DNA from: Intoshia linei
Taxonomy: Eukaryota; Animalia; Orthonectida
DNA length: 64,000 nt
Direction: 5' to 3'
Assembly (NCBI GenBank): GCA_001642005.1
Contig: LWCA01000040.1
Location: 1-64,000 of the forward strand
The position numbers and the translations under genes are program-made. Shown one piece after another: positions 39,097 through 51,925 of this stretch (positions are counted from its first letter, which is position 1; each line of letters opens with the position of its first letter). Below the pieces are notes generated by a model that had not been told where the DNA came from, did not search any database, and worked only from the letters and a program-made list of their open reading frames with translations.

Positions 39097-42000
39097 TTAT
39101 AAATACATATAGTTGCTTGGAAATACACCACGTTCTGATCCGTTGTCGACTACCCACCATCCATCATCTAATTTGGCTATCACCTAAAGTTTAATATTAT
39201 TTTGATTAAATTTTATAACTTTGACATAGTCGCCTGCTTCCAAATCAATTTCATCAGATTTTTTACTTTTATAACTATATTTCACTTTGCGCATTGTATA
39301 TTTACCATTTACTACTTTGCACGATTCGACCGTACTCATTGTGCGATGTATGTTATTTTGCTTTTCCGTTTTATCTGGCGTTACCAAAACAACTACTTTT
39401 GTGTCAGTGTTAGAGCATTGCGTAGAATCTGTTCTATTTATTTTTTTGTGTGTCATGTCGAAATCTAATGTCAATGTCTTTTTACTTATTTCGTTTTTTC
39501 GTTTCGGTGTTTGTGGTGGTTGGTCCATTATATCTGCTTTTTCTTTATAAAATTTGCTTAATTGTATATTTTTATCTTGTTGAGTTTTTTCTATAATTAT
39601 CTCATTCACTTTTTTCAATTCATGTTCTTTCTTTATTACTGTTATATCATTTTTATTTTCAACTTGATTTTCATTTTCATTTTCTTTTATTGTTTCAATA
39701 ATTTCAATTTTTTCAACTGGGTTTACAATGTTGACATTATTAATTGTAGCACATAAAGATTCATTTTTTTCTATATTTCTTAAATTTAATTCATTTTCGT
39801 ATTTATCTAATTAAATTATAATGATATTTTTATAAATAATAACTAAAATTATGTAAACAATACCTCTGTTGTCAGTGTATAATCGTTTATAATTTGGAAT
39901 TGTAATATTATCAAATCGCATATGTGTTGATACGTATTCCTAAAATTAAAAAAAAATATACCAAATTATAACCGATAAACTTTAATTAGAAAGTTTAAAC
40001 CACTTAAAAAACTTAAAAAACTTTTTATAAATAAAATTAATAAAAATGTATAAAATACAATACATACAAATGTACATTGTATATTTAAATGTAGTATTAT
40101 TTATTATTATTATTATTTATTTTTATGTAGTTACCAATTTACCTTATTTTGGATATTTATCTTTTCAGTTTCTAATTTTTTCTTGAAATATTCATTGAAA
40201 AAGTGTTCACTTTCCATTATTGATTGAATTGAAGAATTTAATTTGCATTGATTCAGCCATACATAAAATTCTGTTACTTCGGCCTTTTAAATTAAAAATT
40301 AAATCAAATTACGTACATGACTAATTTGAAAGAAGGTATCAATTATGGTTACGCGGATTGAGTTATAGTTGATTTGCCACCTTTTGACAAATTATTTATT
40401 TATTTATATTTTTTAAATTCAAAAATTTATTTAGAGGGTGCAGAATAATGTAATTTAAATATTACTGTATAGAATATGAAAAATTTATTTCTCATTTAAT
40501 GACAATTATACTTAAATATGGACGGCCAAAGTTCTTATTTTGATATATACATATCATAATGATTACAGCACAGTATATAAATTATAGAGATAATATAGCA
40601 CACTATTAAAATAATAAATTTTAAAAATACTAAATTCATACCAGATAACTTTTGAATTCATTTCGACTATGCAATTTTTTCACCTCTGTATTTTCTAAAA
40701 AAACAATTTACATTAATCTATTATTTTAAAATATTCAATGGTAGATAAGATCCAATTATAAAGTATAGTATTATTTTTGAAGATTTAATAACTTTCCAAA
40801 TATTTTACATGCTTATAACATTACCCACATATTTGATATCTTCAAATTTATTTATAGCTTTTCTCAAAAAATTAATACGAGTGTCATCAGGCAAATTTAA
40901 TTCATTTTCAATCTAAAAAAATAAAATTTAATAAATTAGTACAGTAGACACTCGAAAATTGACAACTTTTTAAGATATTATATAAAAACTATACTAATAT
41001 AAATTAAGTTCGCGTCTAAAAAGTTAAAGTTAAAATTAAAAATGAAAAAGTAAATAATCATTCTACAATTTCAAAAAAAATATTGGTGGAAATGTGTATA
41101 AATAATTCCTTCGGATTTTTTTTATTGCTACGCAATTTTTCATTCTCAAATTATAATTTTCAAAACATTTTGTTAAAAATTTAAATTAAAACTGTAGCAA
41201 CGAATTATTCATTCATTATTGGTAAAATTCATCTGAAATATGTTTCTAAAGTGCTCATTCCGTTAATTATTGATACTAAACTTACCACTCATTTAAACTA
41301 CTCTTTTAAAAAATTGATATTAGTGAATAGTAGTATTTTTAAGTTAGATTTTCAACTCGAGTTTATTTTTTTGGTAGAATAAAAATGTGCCCTCGGCAAA
41401 GCTAGATACTGTTTGTACGTAGTACATAACAGTCAACTAGTATATAAATAAAAAAATAATAATATTTAATAAATCAATTGATATTTAAATTACAGCCGTA
41501 TTTAATTAAATTCTGAAATTTCAATTATAATAAATATAACTTTAACTTAAATTCGAAAAGCGATGGTTACCAAAAAATACATTAATGCTATAACATCAAA
41601 ATGTAATTTCAGATGTTGAAAACTATATTTTATAATTTTCAATAAAAGTATCGCAAACATTTTATTTGTATTTTATAAAATATAATAAACAAATATTAAT
41701 TGTTTTCAATAACATTTATATTTTAATTAAAAATTTCAAACCAATTAATAACCTTGAGAACTGTTATAGTTTAAAATTTGAAATTCAAATTTTATTTAAC
41801 AATAAACATTAATTTAAAGTATTTCTACAATAAATAATGAAGTTATGTTAACTTTAGAGTAACTACAGAAGTATTATAAAGTTCGACTTCATAATATGCA
41901 AAGCAAATTTATTTTTTATGGTGAAGGTGTTGATTTCAGGGATTAAAACTTACCGTATTGTTCATTAATCTAAAATATTCAATCTACATGATATTTTTAC

Positions 42001-45000
42001 AATGGTAGAATTCTTAATTGTTGGTGTAAACTTTACACCAACCAGAAAAATGGCAGTGATCAACATAAAAAAAGTTTTTAAAATTGATTAAACTTGAAAT
42101 TAAAATTACATTTAAATCAATAAGGTTTAGTTTGACAATATATGGAGTCTTTTCAGATGTTATATCTTGATAAATTCCATTCGGAGTGTAAGATTTAATG
42201 CATATGTTATCTTTGATCTACAAAAAAAATATAAATATATTTTGTATAATAAAATTTGAATATAAAAGACATAAAAATAGAAAACAAAATTCAGGATGGT
42301 CCACGTTAAGCATACAACTCATAATTATGACTTACTCAGTATTTATCATATTTTACACCACTAAATTGTATTATTCCTTTCTGAATCGATTTACACAATG
42401 TGTAAAGTTTTAAATATTCTTAAAATTTAATTTATACTCTCCATCATTTATATACGGCTTCATAATTTAATTACATTTGTATACCCAATTGAAAATTGAT
42501 CGTATATTGCATTCAAACAATTTAAATTATCAAACAAACATTTTGTCATTTTCTCGTCATTTTCGAAAATATTGGCAAGTGTCTAAATGTGAATACATTG
42601 TATAATCATATTGATTCAACTATACTATAGCCGTCTTTTCTTCCAATAATGCTCTAGATAATTCAGTGTTTAGACAGCTGGTGATATATTTTTCATTTTG
42701 ATCACTAATTTTTTCAACGAAAGTCGCATTGTTCTTATTTTTTAAAACATATTTTATTCGATTTATAATATTTTTATTTGTCAAATATTTATCATATTTT
42801 CTGCACAATTTCCAACATTTAGTTTTACACTAAATTGAACATGTTATAAGTATATTGACTACGTGCTCTTCGACTTTTATCTCACAAAACACTTACATTG
42901 TATATGTTGTACCCATGAAAATGTTAACATAATTGAAGTGTGTCATTATTATAATAATTGAAAAGATTTTATTAGAAAGACTAGTTTTCCAGTGACACCG
43001 GTTGAGTAGCACGGAATTATGTGTGTAATATACACTTAATACATTTCATAGTAATGTTTACTTTTTTGTTTTTCTTATTAAACTTTTTATTTACATTCCT
43101 GTCAGATTGTATAGTGTGATCTATCTAAAAAATTATATATTATATACAATATTATTATATTTTGAAAAAATTCACATTATGTACATTTTTTATAAATATG
43201 TGTATATGTATATCAAAATTACATAAGCAACATCGTCATAAAACATGTCTCTAGCATTTCTTACAATAGGCAATAAATCAGAATCAATTTTTTGTGAAAT
43301 TTCTCTGAAATTAATAAAATATATCCATTATTTATAAACGTATGGTTTAGTCAATTAGAAACTACAAATTATATTATTTGAATTATTGTTGAGTTATTAA
43401 ATTTCAACATTAAATAAAACTCTAAAATATACTTTCTCAATTCAATTTCTTTTTGGACATTTTCCATATAATTATGTAGTGATTCTGGCAAGTGTCTAAA
43501 TGAAAAATTTGGATAATCCTTACTTATATAATATGATACGCAATATTTGTTTGTGTGTGTGTTCCACTTTATTGAAATAACTATTAGTCTAGAAATTTTA
43601 TAAAGTCCACATTTCAATTACAGTTTTTTTTGGGACATATAATAAGATAAATTTCAACCTCCCAAACTCACATCTTACGGGTCTATAACCCCAATTGTCC
43701 TTTTTTTGAAAATCAAACAAGTTGGAGAATTTAAAAAAATATATACGCTGATACGCATTTTAAAATCATAAACATTATCATAATTTTAAATGCTGATGCG
43801 GATTTTAAAATCATAAACATTATCATAAATTTAAATTTAAAAAAATACACTGATGCGGATTTTAAAATCATAAACATTATCATAAATTTAAATTTAAAAA
43901 AATTATATTTTGATTTCATTCAAAATAAGACTTGTAAATCGCGTTGGTCATCTTAATTTTGACATACTTAATAAATATCACCTATTAATAAATTAGTATA
44001 TTAGGCCCTCATGATTGTAGGCTCACGCCATATGCCCCTAGCCTCCCATCTCCATGGACCTGATTAAAATGATCTAAATTTCGTGTTTGTATCGTTCGAA
44101 TCTGTATGGACCGTGTAGCAGACATCTAGGGTATTAATAGGTATATTAACAATTTAAATTACATTTGAAATAGATAGTTACAATTTTTAACTAACTTTAA
44201 TGTAGATAGGAAGATAAAATTTCAAACGTCGTCAACACGAGGCGAACAAATACTATAAATCGTGTTTAGACCATACTGGGTCGTGCTTTGATCCTTATTG
44301 CAAACTTATATTAAGAGTTGATGGTCAGGGTTGTAGTGGTATATCACTATTATACTAATCGAGATTCGATAAATATACTTTTGATATAACTCACTTGTGA
44401 TGTCTAACTGACAGAGTGGTTATAGTTATATAATTTTATTCTGCGGATCTCGATTTTAACATGTTTTTATTTAAGATAAAAATATATGAGTTTGTCTCTG
44501 ATAATCGTTACAAGGATGATATTAAAATACAAAGAAATATATGTCGTATAGAATGTGTACAACTGTGAAATGTACACATTCCACGGGCAAGTCTTAGAAT
44601 GTACACATCTCATAGATAAGTCGTACAGTATACAGTATAGATTAACGTAACAAGGCAGGATATATTATTAAGATTAAAAATAATTAATTCAATTTATTAA
44701 ATATAAAATTTATAACTGCAAACACGATATTTGACACAGAAATCATTGATAACTAATCAATTATTTGGTTTTCTAAAAATCTTAAAAACCCCCCTTGAAA
44801 GTTTAATTCAAAAAAAATCGTAATTAAATGATTTGATATTAATTAAATGAAAGTTTTACAAATATCTATCAATTTAAAAATAAACATAAGCTTGTTAATT
44901 TAACTGAATTGGTAAATTCGTTGTTAGCAAAGCATCAATTATGTATCTAACTCTGAATTGGCGTCTAAGACACATTCTTAGTCAAATACAACTTTCTACG

Positions 45001-47202
45001 ACTTGCCCGTGGAATGTGTACATTTCACAGTTGTACATATTCTATGCCACATATATATATTCAAAATTCAAATAAAGTAAATGAATATTTAAATTAAATA
45101 TGAAAATCTATAATTACAAAAAATTAGTAATTGAAACCAGATTTAACTTTAATACGAACCGGTTTAAACATAATTAAATTTTTAATTTAAGTGGACTGTA
45201 GTGATATAATCACTATGAAAAGTGAACTTTATATATAACATGATAATTTAAATAATAAATTATTCGAACTCGTATAAAATACTCGAATAAATAAATTGTA
45301 CAATGTAAATTTTACATTGTACATTGTACAATCTTCCAGACTTCTTCGTACAGAACTTATCGTTACATGTACATTATCGGTCCTACACGATAAATATCAA
45401 AACGTTTACTATATATGTAAGTTAATGTAATTATTAGGAATTTAATTAATTCAGTATTGAACTAAATTTAATGCTAATCAGATGTAGTAGGAACACAAAA
45501 TATTGAAACGATCTGAACAGGAATTTTGTATCGTGTTCGCATCGTACTCAATCATGTTTTGGAGCGTGTTGCATGTCTAGTGTGAGTATATGATATTTAA
45601 TGACATGTATATTCAAAATTCAAATGCCGTAAATAAAACTTTAAATTAAATCTGAAAATCTATAGTTACAAAAATTTTGATATTTTTAATATCATTAAAA
45701 TTTACTAATTATCAAATGTTGAAGCCTGACTTCTGCACTACTATTTCAAGCACGAACTTAAAAAGTTCTAAAATTACAATCGTTTAACATTAAGAATTTA
45801 TCATTTTTTACTAATATCCGAAGACGACATTTGAATCGTACTGTGGACGAACGTAACGTAAAACAACGTTAAAAGTCTCATTAATTAAAAACCACTAAAC
45901 AGTACATTTTATATTTTTATTGTATATCTCTATATTGTAAAAAAATTAAAATAACTGTAAAATTAAAATAGTTTATATTTCTATACGTGTACAATGTACA
46001 CTGTACATTCTATTAGTAGCCGCACTTTCATAAAACATTTTGGCACATCTAAGATCACATGATAAAAATATGGTGCATGGTATGTAAAAGGTTGGCCACC
46101 CCTGCATTAACCGCTACTGAAATAATTTGCAAATTGTTAAGTATTCAAATATTAATATACGTGTTTGATTGTCATGGTGTAAATTTCTGAGATTAAAATG
46201 TGTCATAAAACATTCGCTGTAAAAAACTTTCCAAGTATTATTTTGCTCAAATTCTGGGACTCTTAATTCATTACGTGTTACATACTTAATGTAACAACAA
46301 CAGTCACATAAACATTACATTTTATACAAGTAATAATACTGTATTTATTATAATATTACGCATATTTCAGAAGCTTTTCATAAGATTTTTGAATTTGATT
46401 CAGATTAGTGAGATACGTCGATTCCATTATACTTCTAATTTAAATAAATAGATTATTAGAGTTATATTTAATGCAATGTTTTTCAATCTATTCTTCACGG
46501 GGCGTACTTCCAAGTAATTTAAAAAAATTTTACTCACAAGCAGATAAAAATAGCAAACATTTTATACCTTTTGAGCATTTACTGGAAATCATTATTTGGT
46601 AGTATTTACACCATACGTATTGTATAAGATTCCAAGGAAAACTTGTACATTTAAGATAAAAAGTTATTTCGGTACATAAAATAATAAACTAAAACATCTG
46701 ATCTAACTAACCAAAAGAGAAATGGTATACAGCTCGTTTTCAATTTGCACATAAAATTTTGTGGGACATAAAGATTGAGAAATAGTTATTGATATATTTA
46801 TATAATAGCAATAATTTGACATGAACGCAATATTTAATCTAAAATTTAATTTCTTTAAATTTACTTAAATTATTAAATTAAATATACTTAAATTTACTTA
46901 AATTTACTAAAGTTCATTGACCCTTTATCAAAACATGTGCCATAATACTAAATGTTACCTTTGGTTAAAAATATCAGCAATCATTTCTGAAATGGTACAA
47001 CTTTCATGAATTTTTACTTGAATTTCTGGAATTTTGTTCTGATTCTATCACACAATTATGATGATAAACAGTATTAAAACATTACAGTATAAAATGGAAC
47101 ATTTTTGGGTTTCATTAAACTAATTTGTTTTGTCGTAGGTGTAAATAGTTTCATAGGTAAAATACTTTTCTTTTTTAAACTTTTCAATGTCATCTTGGTC
47201 AT
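39097..47202 (-). CDS. F-BAR (FCH) + C-terminal SH3 protein, NOSTRIN/CIP4-like, divergent
   Basis: Exons join in phase to give HESCTISEMIADIFNQRSIMESTYLTNLNQI (FCH-like), ENVQKEIELRKEISQKIDSDLL and NEKYITSCLNTELSRALLE. SH3: KVKYSYKSKKSDEIDLEAGDYVKVIAKLDDGWWVV...RGVFPSNY. Some middle exons (41.9-42.5 kb) are unresolved. Confidence 0.72.
41095..41440 (+). mobile_element. Helitron 3' fragment
   Basis: ...ccctcggcaaagctagatactgtttgtacgtagtacataacagtcaaCTAG-t terminus. Confidence 0.75.
43517..43910 (+). mobile_element. Helitron 5' fragment with an internal triplication of about 50 bp
   Basis: aTCCTTACTTATATAATATG start; ctgat..g.attttaaaatcataaacattatcataa three times at 43748-43900. Confidence 0.8.
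44332..44512 (+). mobile_element. Solo LTR, same family as 7385-7576
   Basis: TGTAG...CGTTACA; TSD AGGGT/AGGAT; shared core atatacttttgatataactcacttgtgatgt.taactg. Confidence 0.8.
44540..45054. mobile_element. MITE with inverted termini of about 60 bp
   Basis: tagaatgtgtacaactgtgaaatgtacacattccacgggcaagtc (~44550-44594) and its near-perfect reverse complement (~45000-45045). Confidence 0.8.
45197..45367 (+). mobile_element. Probable solo LTR of a related family
   Basis: TGTAGTGATATAATCACTAT...ATCGTTACA termini resemble the other LTRs; TSD TGGAC/TGTAC. Confidence 0.65.
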
Positions 47203-47328
47203 ATTTTTAACTATTGTACCGTAAACTAAAATTAAATCTCAATGTTATTGACAAAGTTGTGTACACAAATATATAAATGTACATTGAGCAAATAATATTA
47301 AATTTTAAAATTTTATTATATATAATTT

Positions 47329-50300
47329 CTATTCAATTTTAATTTGGTCAAATTCCTTGTTAAATTCATAACACGTTTTAAGCCACACACTTTTGAATTT
47401 TTTCAATAATTCCACTTTAATTTTATCTTTTTCTAGTCCATTTTCAAAAATTCCACTGGAATCAGTAGAATCAACATTATCAGCACTTTTAAAATCTGTA
47501 GATTTTTGAAATTGATCCAAGTTTATCCAATTTTCAGAATCTTTAGAGTCATTTTTCAATTTATTCATAATTGAATCGGTAATAGTTTGCTAAATTAAAA
47601 TAATTTTAAATTATAAAAAAATACACCTTTTCCTTTAAATTTTTAATAACGTTTTGTTGATAATAAAATTGCTTTTTCCAATTTTCCACATTTTTACAAC
47701 TTTCTTGTAGTATTGTAGATAATTTAGCTTTCGAATTTATTGCCAATTGAAATTGATTTTGCCATTTTTCCGCATTTGTACTGCTAGAATAGAGAAAGTA
47801 AATCATATATAATAAAAAGAATTTGGAATATAAATATATCAAATTTGGAAACAAAAAAAACACATCATATTATTATTCAACTTTTTCCAGCATTCTTCCT
47901 GTAAATTTTTATCAACTTTTAGCGACTCTATATCAAGAAACACTGCATTACGCCATATACAGATATGGTTGAAATATAAATATAAAGATTTAAAAAAAGT
48001 TAAATCTTACTAGAAAATATTTTATGAATATTATAAAATTTTCTAATTGTCATCTACCTACCGTGAAGTCCAATCGAAACTCCAATTTAACTTTTTATAA
48101 AGTGGATATAACAATGTCCAAGAACAATTTACCTTTCAAATAAAGCAATTTTTAGTTTATCTATATCTTTCTTCAAGTTTCTATTTTCTATTATCAACTG
48201 TTCAATGTTAGGTGTAGGTAGAGAAATTGATTTTGCTTTTTTTTTAAAGGTAGAGTTATAGCAATCCTATATAAAATAATTTATTAACAAAAACAAAAAA
48301 TTTTCTTAGTTCTTAAAACTATTTTGCCACGTCACGTATTTTAAAATAATACGGTATCTTTAAATGTCATTTTGGGGTAAATCCCTGTTATAGAAAAAAT
48401 TTATATCGTGTATTTAGGGTCTTTTTCTCTATAATGTTAATTTCATAATATTTGGTGAAATTTGTGTTGAATAAACTCCGTTTCGGGTAAATTTTTATAA
48501 TTTAAATTTAGGATTTATAAGTTTGGAATGTATTATTGTTGGAATTAAAAAATATTCAGATATCGGAACCCAATATTCATAAAAAAATATAATATAGAAA
48601 TTGACATACAGTAATTCAATTTTTTTATATTAACAATTTTAAAATACATACTGAACACGATTTTGATTGTATTTTTACATTTTCATTTTCATTATCTGAT
48701 TCAAATACGTTTATGTACATTTTTTCTTTACATTCTTCAAAATTTGAAACAAACTATACGTTTATAAAATAATAGCATTACTACAATGTAGTATACAATA
48801 ATGTGAATAACATTTTCATGGTCAATTTTTTATTTTAGGATTTTCTATAAACACAGTTCAAATTTTACGTAAATCATAGCATAAAAAAAGTTAAATTTTA
48901 TTGAAGCTAAAACAAGGGTATTCATCCTCGTGATGAAATATAAGTTTTTATAGAAAAAATATCATTGTGACAATCAAATGTATTTTAATATAAATTATAA
49001 ATTCTAGCAGATTAAATCATTTAAAAATTGTCTCTAAAATAACGGTTCTTGAAATACAGAACTTTTTTCACTACAAAAAATATTGATATTTTAGGTTTTT
49101 GACAGCGATATATAACGATGTGAGCGGTATATTGTTCAAACTTTAGAAACGATACCCCATGGTTTTTTTTAACAGTTGATAGGTAAGACTGTGTGCAAAT
49201 TGAATATTTTCAAAATGTTCATATGATGGAAAGGTGCACTTTTGATATGAAAATTCGTTCACACCCCTAATATATATAGTAAAATGTATACCAAATAAAA
49301 AATAATGAATAACAAAGTGCTTTTATGACCGTGAAGGCGTCACTTTAAGGTTTTTAAACGGAAATTATTTTTTTGCATGTTAACTGGACATAATTGTATT
49401 ATCTGCCATTTTTTTTAAAATTCTAGTACTTCTTTCATTTTTATTTTAGAATTTATTTTATTTTAAAAAAAATTAATTTAATTGTCGTGTTGACCATGAA
49501 GGACTCAATTTCTGAAAATAAAACTTGCGATAAAACATTACTCTCGAAAAACTGTATTAGAAATTGTGTTATTTTAATTATATGCTTCTTAATTTGTTAA
49601 CTAAACGGTAACACACATTATTATCTACATTATTTAATGTGTATATAACTTCATTATATTATTATTAATAACATATGATAAAACATTCATTGTATTAAGG
49701 TTTTTTAATTTCTGGGTTTTTATTGTATTCACAATTGGGATTTTTGATCCGTAAGATGTGAGTTTGGGAGGTTGAAATTTATCTTATTATATGTCTCGGA
49801 AAAAACTGTAATTGAAATGTTACTTTATAAAATTCTAAGACTGGTAGTTATTTCAATAAACGATAACACAAACAAATATTGCATAGTATATTATAATATG
49901 CTATGATTATATAAGTACACACACAAACAAAAATCGCGTATCATATTATATAAGTAAGGACAAGCTGTATCTATGGTACAACATTCATTGTATTGTACAT
50001 TGTAGTAAGTAAAGGATAATTAATAACGTACCCATTGTACGTACTTCGTAATTATACGTATAAACTGATAATAATACCTTTTAACTTTACCTTATTTATT
50101 GCATTTTCGTGTATAAAGCCTAATCCGAACGTTTTCTCGGAATTAGTCAATTGTATAAATTTTGTCGCTGTTTTACGAATATGAGTTTTTTCATAAATTG
50201 GTAATTTAAAGAATTCCTACAATTAAACAATCACTAAATACTATAATAATATGGATGTTATTTAACTTAGACTTTTTGAATAACCCAACCTAACTTATCT

Positions 50301-50420
50301 GCGACCACTTACTCGGGAACCAGACTAAATTATTTTTAAATTTATAAAAATTGGCGTCTATTTTTCCAAATTCAGTATTTAAAGAAATGACATTTTTTAA
50401 CGTCAAATCTGATTTCTCTT
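47329..50420 (-). CDS. homer: Homer-like scaffold (EVH1 + coiled coil); start codon not located
   Basis: RKTATKFIQ...TFGLGFIHENAINK|FVSNFEECKE (EVH1 C-terminus, exons 50216-50091 and 48753-48652); IDKLKIALFES|STNAEKWQ...KAKLSTILQESCKNVENWKKQF matches the Homer coiled-coil signature (LKxALAQS.ANAKKWE...RLTxALQESTANVxEWKxQL). Confidence 0.8.
49735..49960 (-). mobile_element. Helitron 5' fragment with duplicated 5' end
   Basis: Family core plus two successive acacaaacaaa...tattata..taag ends. Confidence 0.65.
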
Positions 50421-51925
50421 AAATTTAATTTGTGAAATCCAGGAACGTGACGAGGATAGCTAAGTCAAATGACTGCGTTTACTTAAATTAGTAGCCCATT
50501 CTTTTGTCAATGTGTACACTTTACATGTCTTTTTTATTTATTCCCGGTTAGGAATAACGTCAAAGTATTAAATATTGTAAAATATATGTATTTATAAAAC
50601 TAAGAGGTTATAATTTTAAAAAAGTCAATTCTATGATATTTTTTTCGTGAGATAATTTTGTTTACATGTTAAAATATAATTTTCAAGTTTTATAACAGTT
50701 AAAAAAGTTGAAACCTAATACAATTATAAAATTAATTGGACTAAAAATTATACTTTTAAAAATATCTAATTATTCGCTTGAATGTACGTTTTTACTAAAA
50801 ATAAAGCTATAATTTGTATTTTCCCTGCAGTAAAAATTTAAATTTCAAATATAATTTCATTTGTTATTGATACAATTGTATAAAAAGAATTGTATAATAA
50901 GTATCTTACATGATACATTTAATGATATTCACATATCAATGATACACTTATGATAAGTCTTATCACGACTGTAATAAACTAGCTACTCAAATCAAAGTAA
51001 ATATTTTAATTCAGTTAATTTTTTACTCGTGAGAATACATTCACAATTGAATTTATCCAATATTAAAATAATTCCATCGACTGGAAATAAAAATTAAATG
51101 TACACATCACATATATATAAAATTTCTATACAAACATTTTGATTGCAGTAATAATTTACATATTCAAAACAAAAAATGTAAATAATACTTCATTTCCATT
51201 ATGAGCAAAAATGTAAAAATTTCCTTCATGTTGATCAATTGACACCAATAATGGTTTGTCTTGTAATGGCACCCACTTTTTCTTATTATCGGCGTCAATA
51301 CAATATAATTGACATTCAAATGTAGTCAAATCGCTAAAAATTAAGAATATGTCCCTGAAAGTTTTAACTTTATAATAATGTTACGTCATTTCACATAAAA
51401 TATCAAATTTTGTGGTTTAATAGTCATAAATGGTAAATTTGTTACACTAATGACTATGACAATTTAATAAGAGAGATTTTACGTCATAAAACAATACAAT
51501 ACAGGTGGTGCGTGGCTATTGACACACTTTTTGTTTATAATAAATATTCTGATATTGTGCACTATTGATTACAAAAGTTATTTCAAGGGAAATTTATTTA
51601 ATAGATAAGCTCAATTGGGAATTTGAAATTACTCATCCGTGGTAATTAAATAATTGTTGTATCGTTAACTACTCAAATTTAATATCGACTATAAAACATT
51701 TGATATATGGGAACAAATTTTTGAGTCAACGTTAGTAGAGAAAGCGAAATTGAATTTCCTAACAATTCCATGACAAAAATCAATATTTCATTGACAACCC
51801 GGATTTGGGATAAAATTGAATTACTCGTCATATTTTATCAAATTTTAATTAATTTTCATTTATGATTCTAAATTTGTATATTGTAAAGCACGAATTGTAA
51901 ATTTAATTGCAAATTCAATATTAAA

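Noticed and set aside
39202-39756. Hydrophobic plus-strand ORFs (also 3214-3417, 31617-31880, 59875-60219, 63215-63424)
   Set aside because: Antisense shadows of real minus-strand coding exons.
42573-43501. Identical 16-mer GGCAAGTGTCTAAATG at two exon starts of the F-BAR gene
   Set aside because: Read in different frames with no similarity beyond the splice site, so there is no support for exon duplication.
43731-43919. ORF with repeated FKFMIMFMILKSAS peptide
   Set aside because: Artefact of an internal triplication in a Helitron copy.
51290-51520. TTACGTCA twice and a GCGTG core upstream of ARNT
   Set aside because: Short motifs with no conservation or enrichment evidence; the full XRE consensus is not met.
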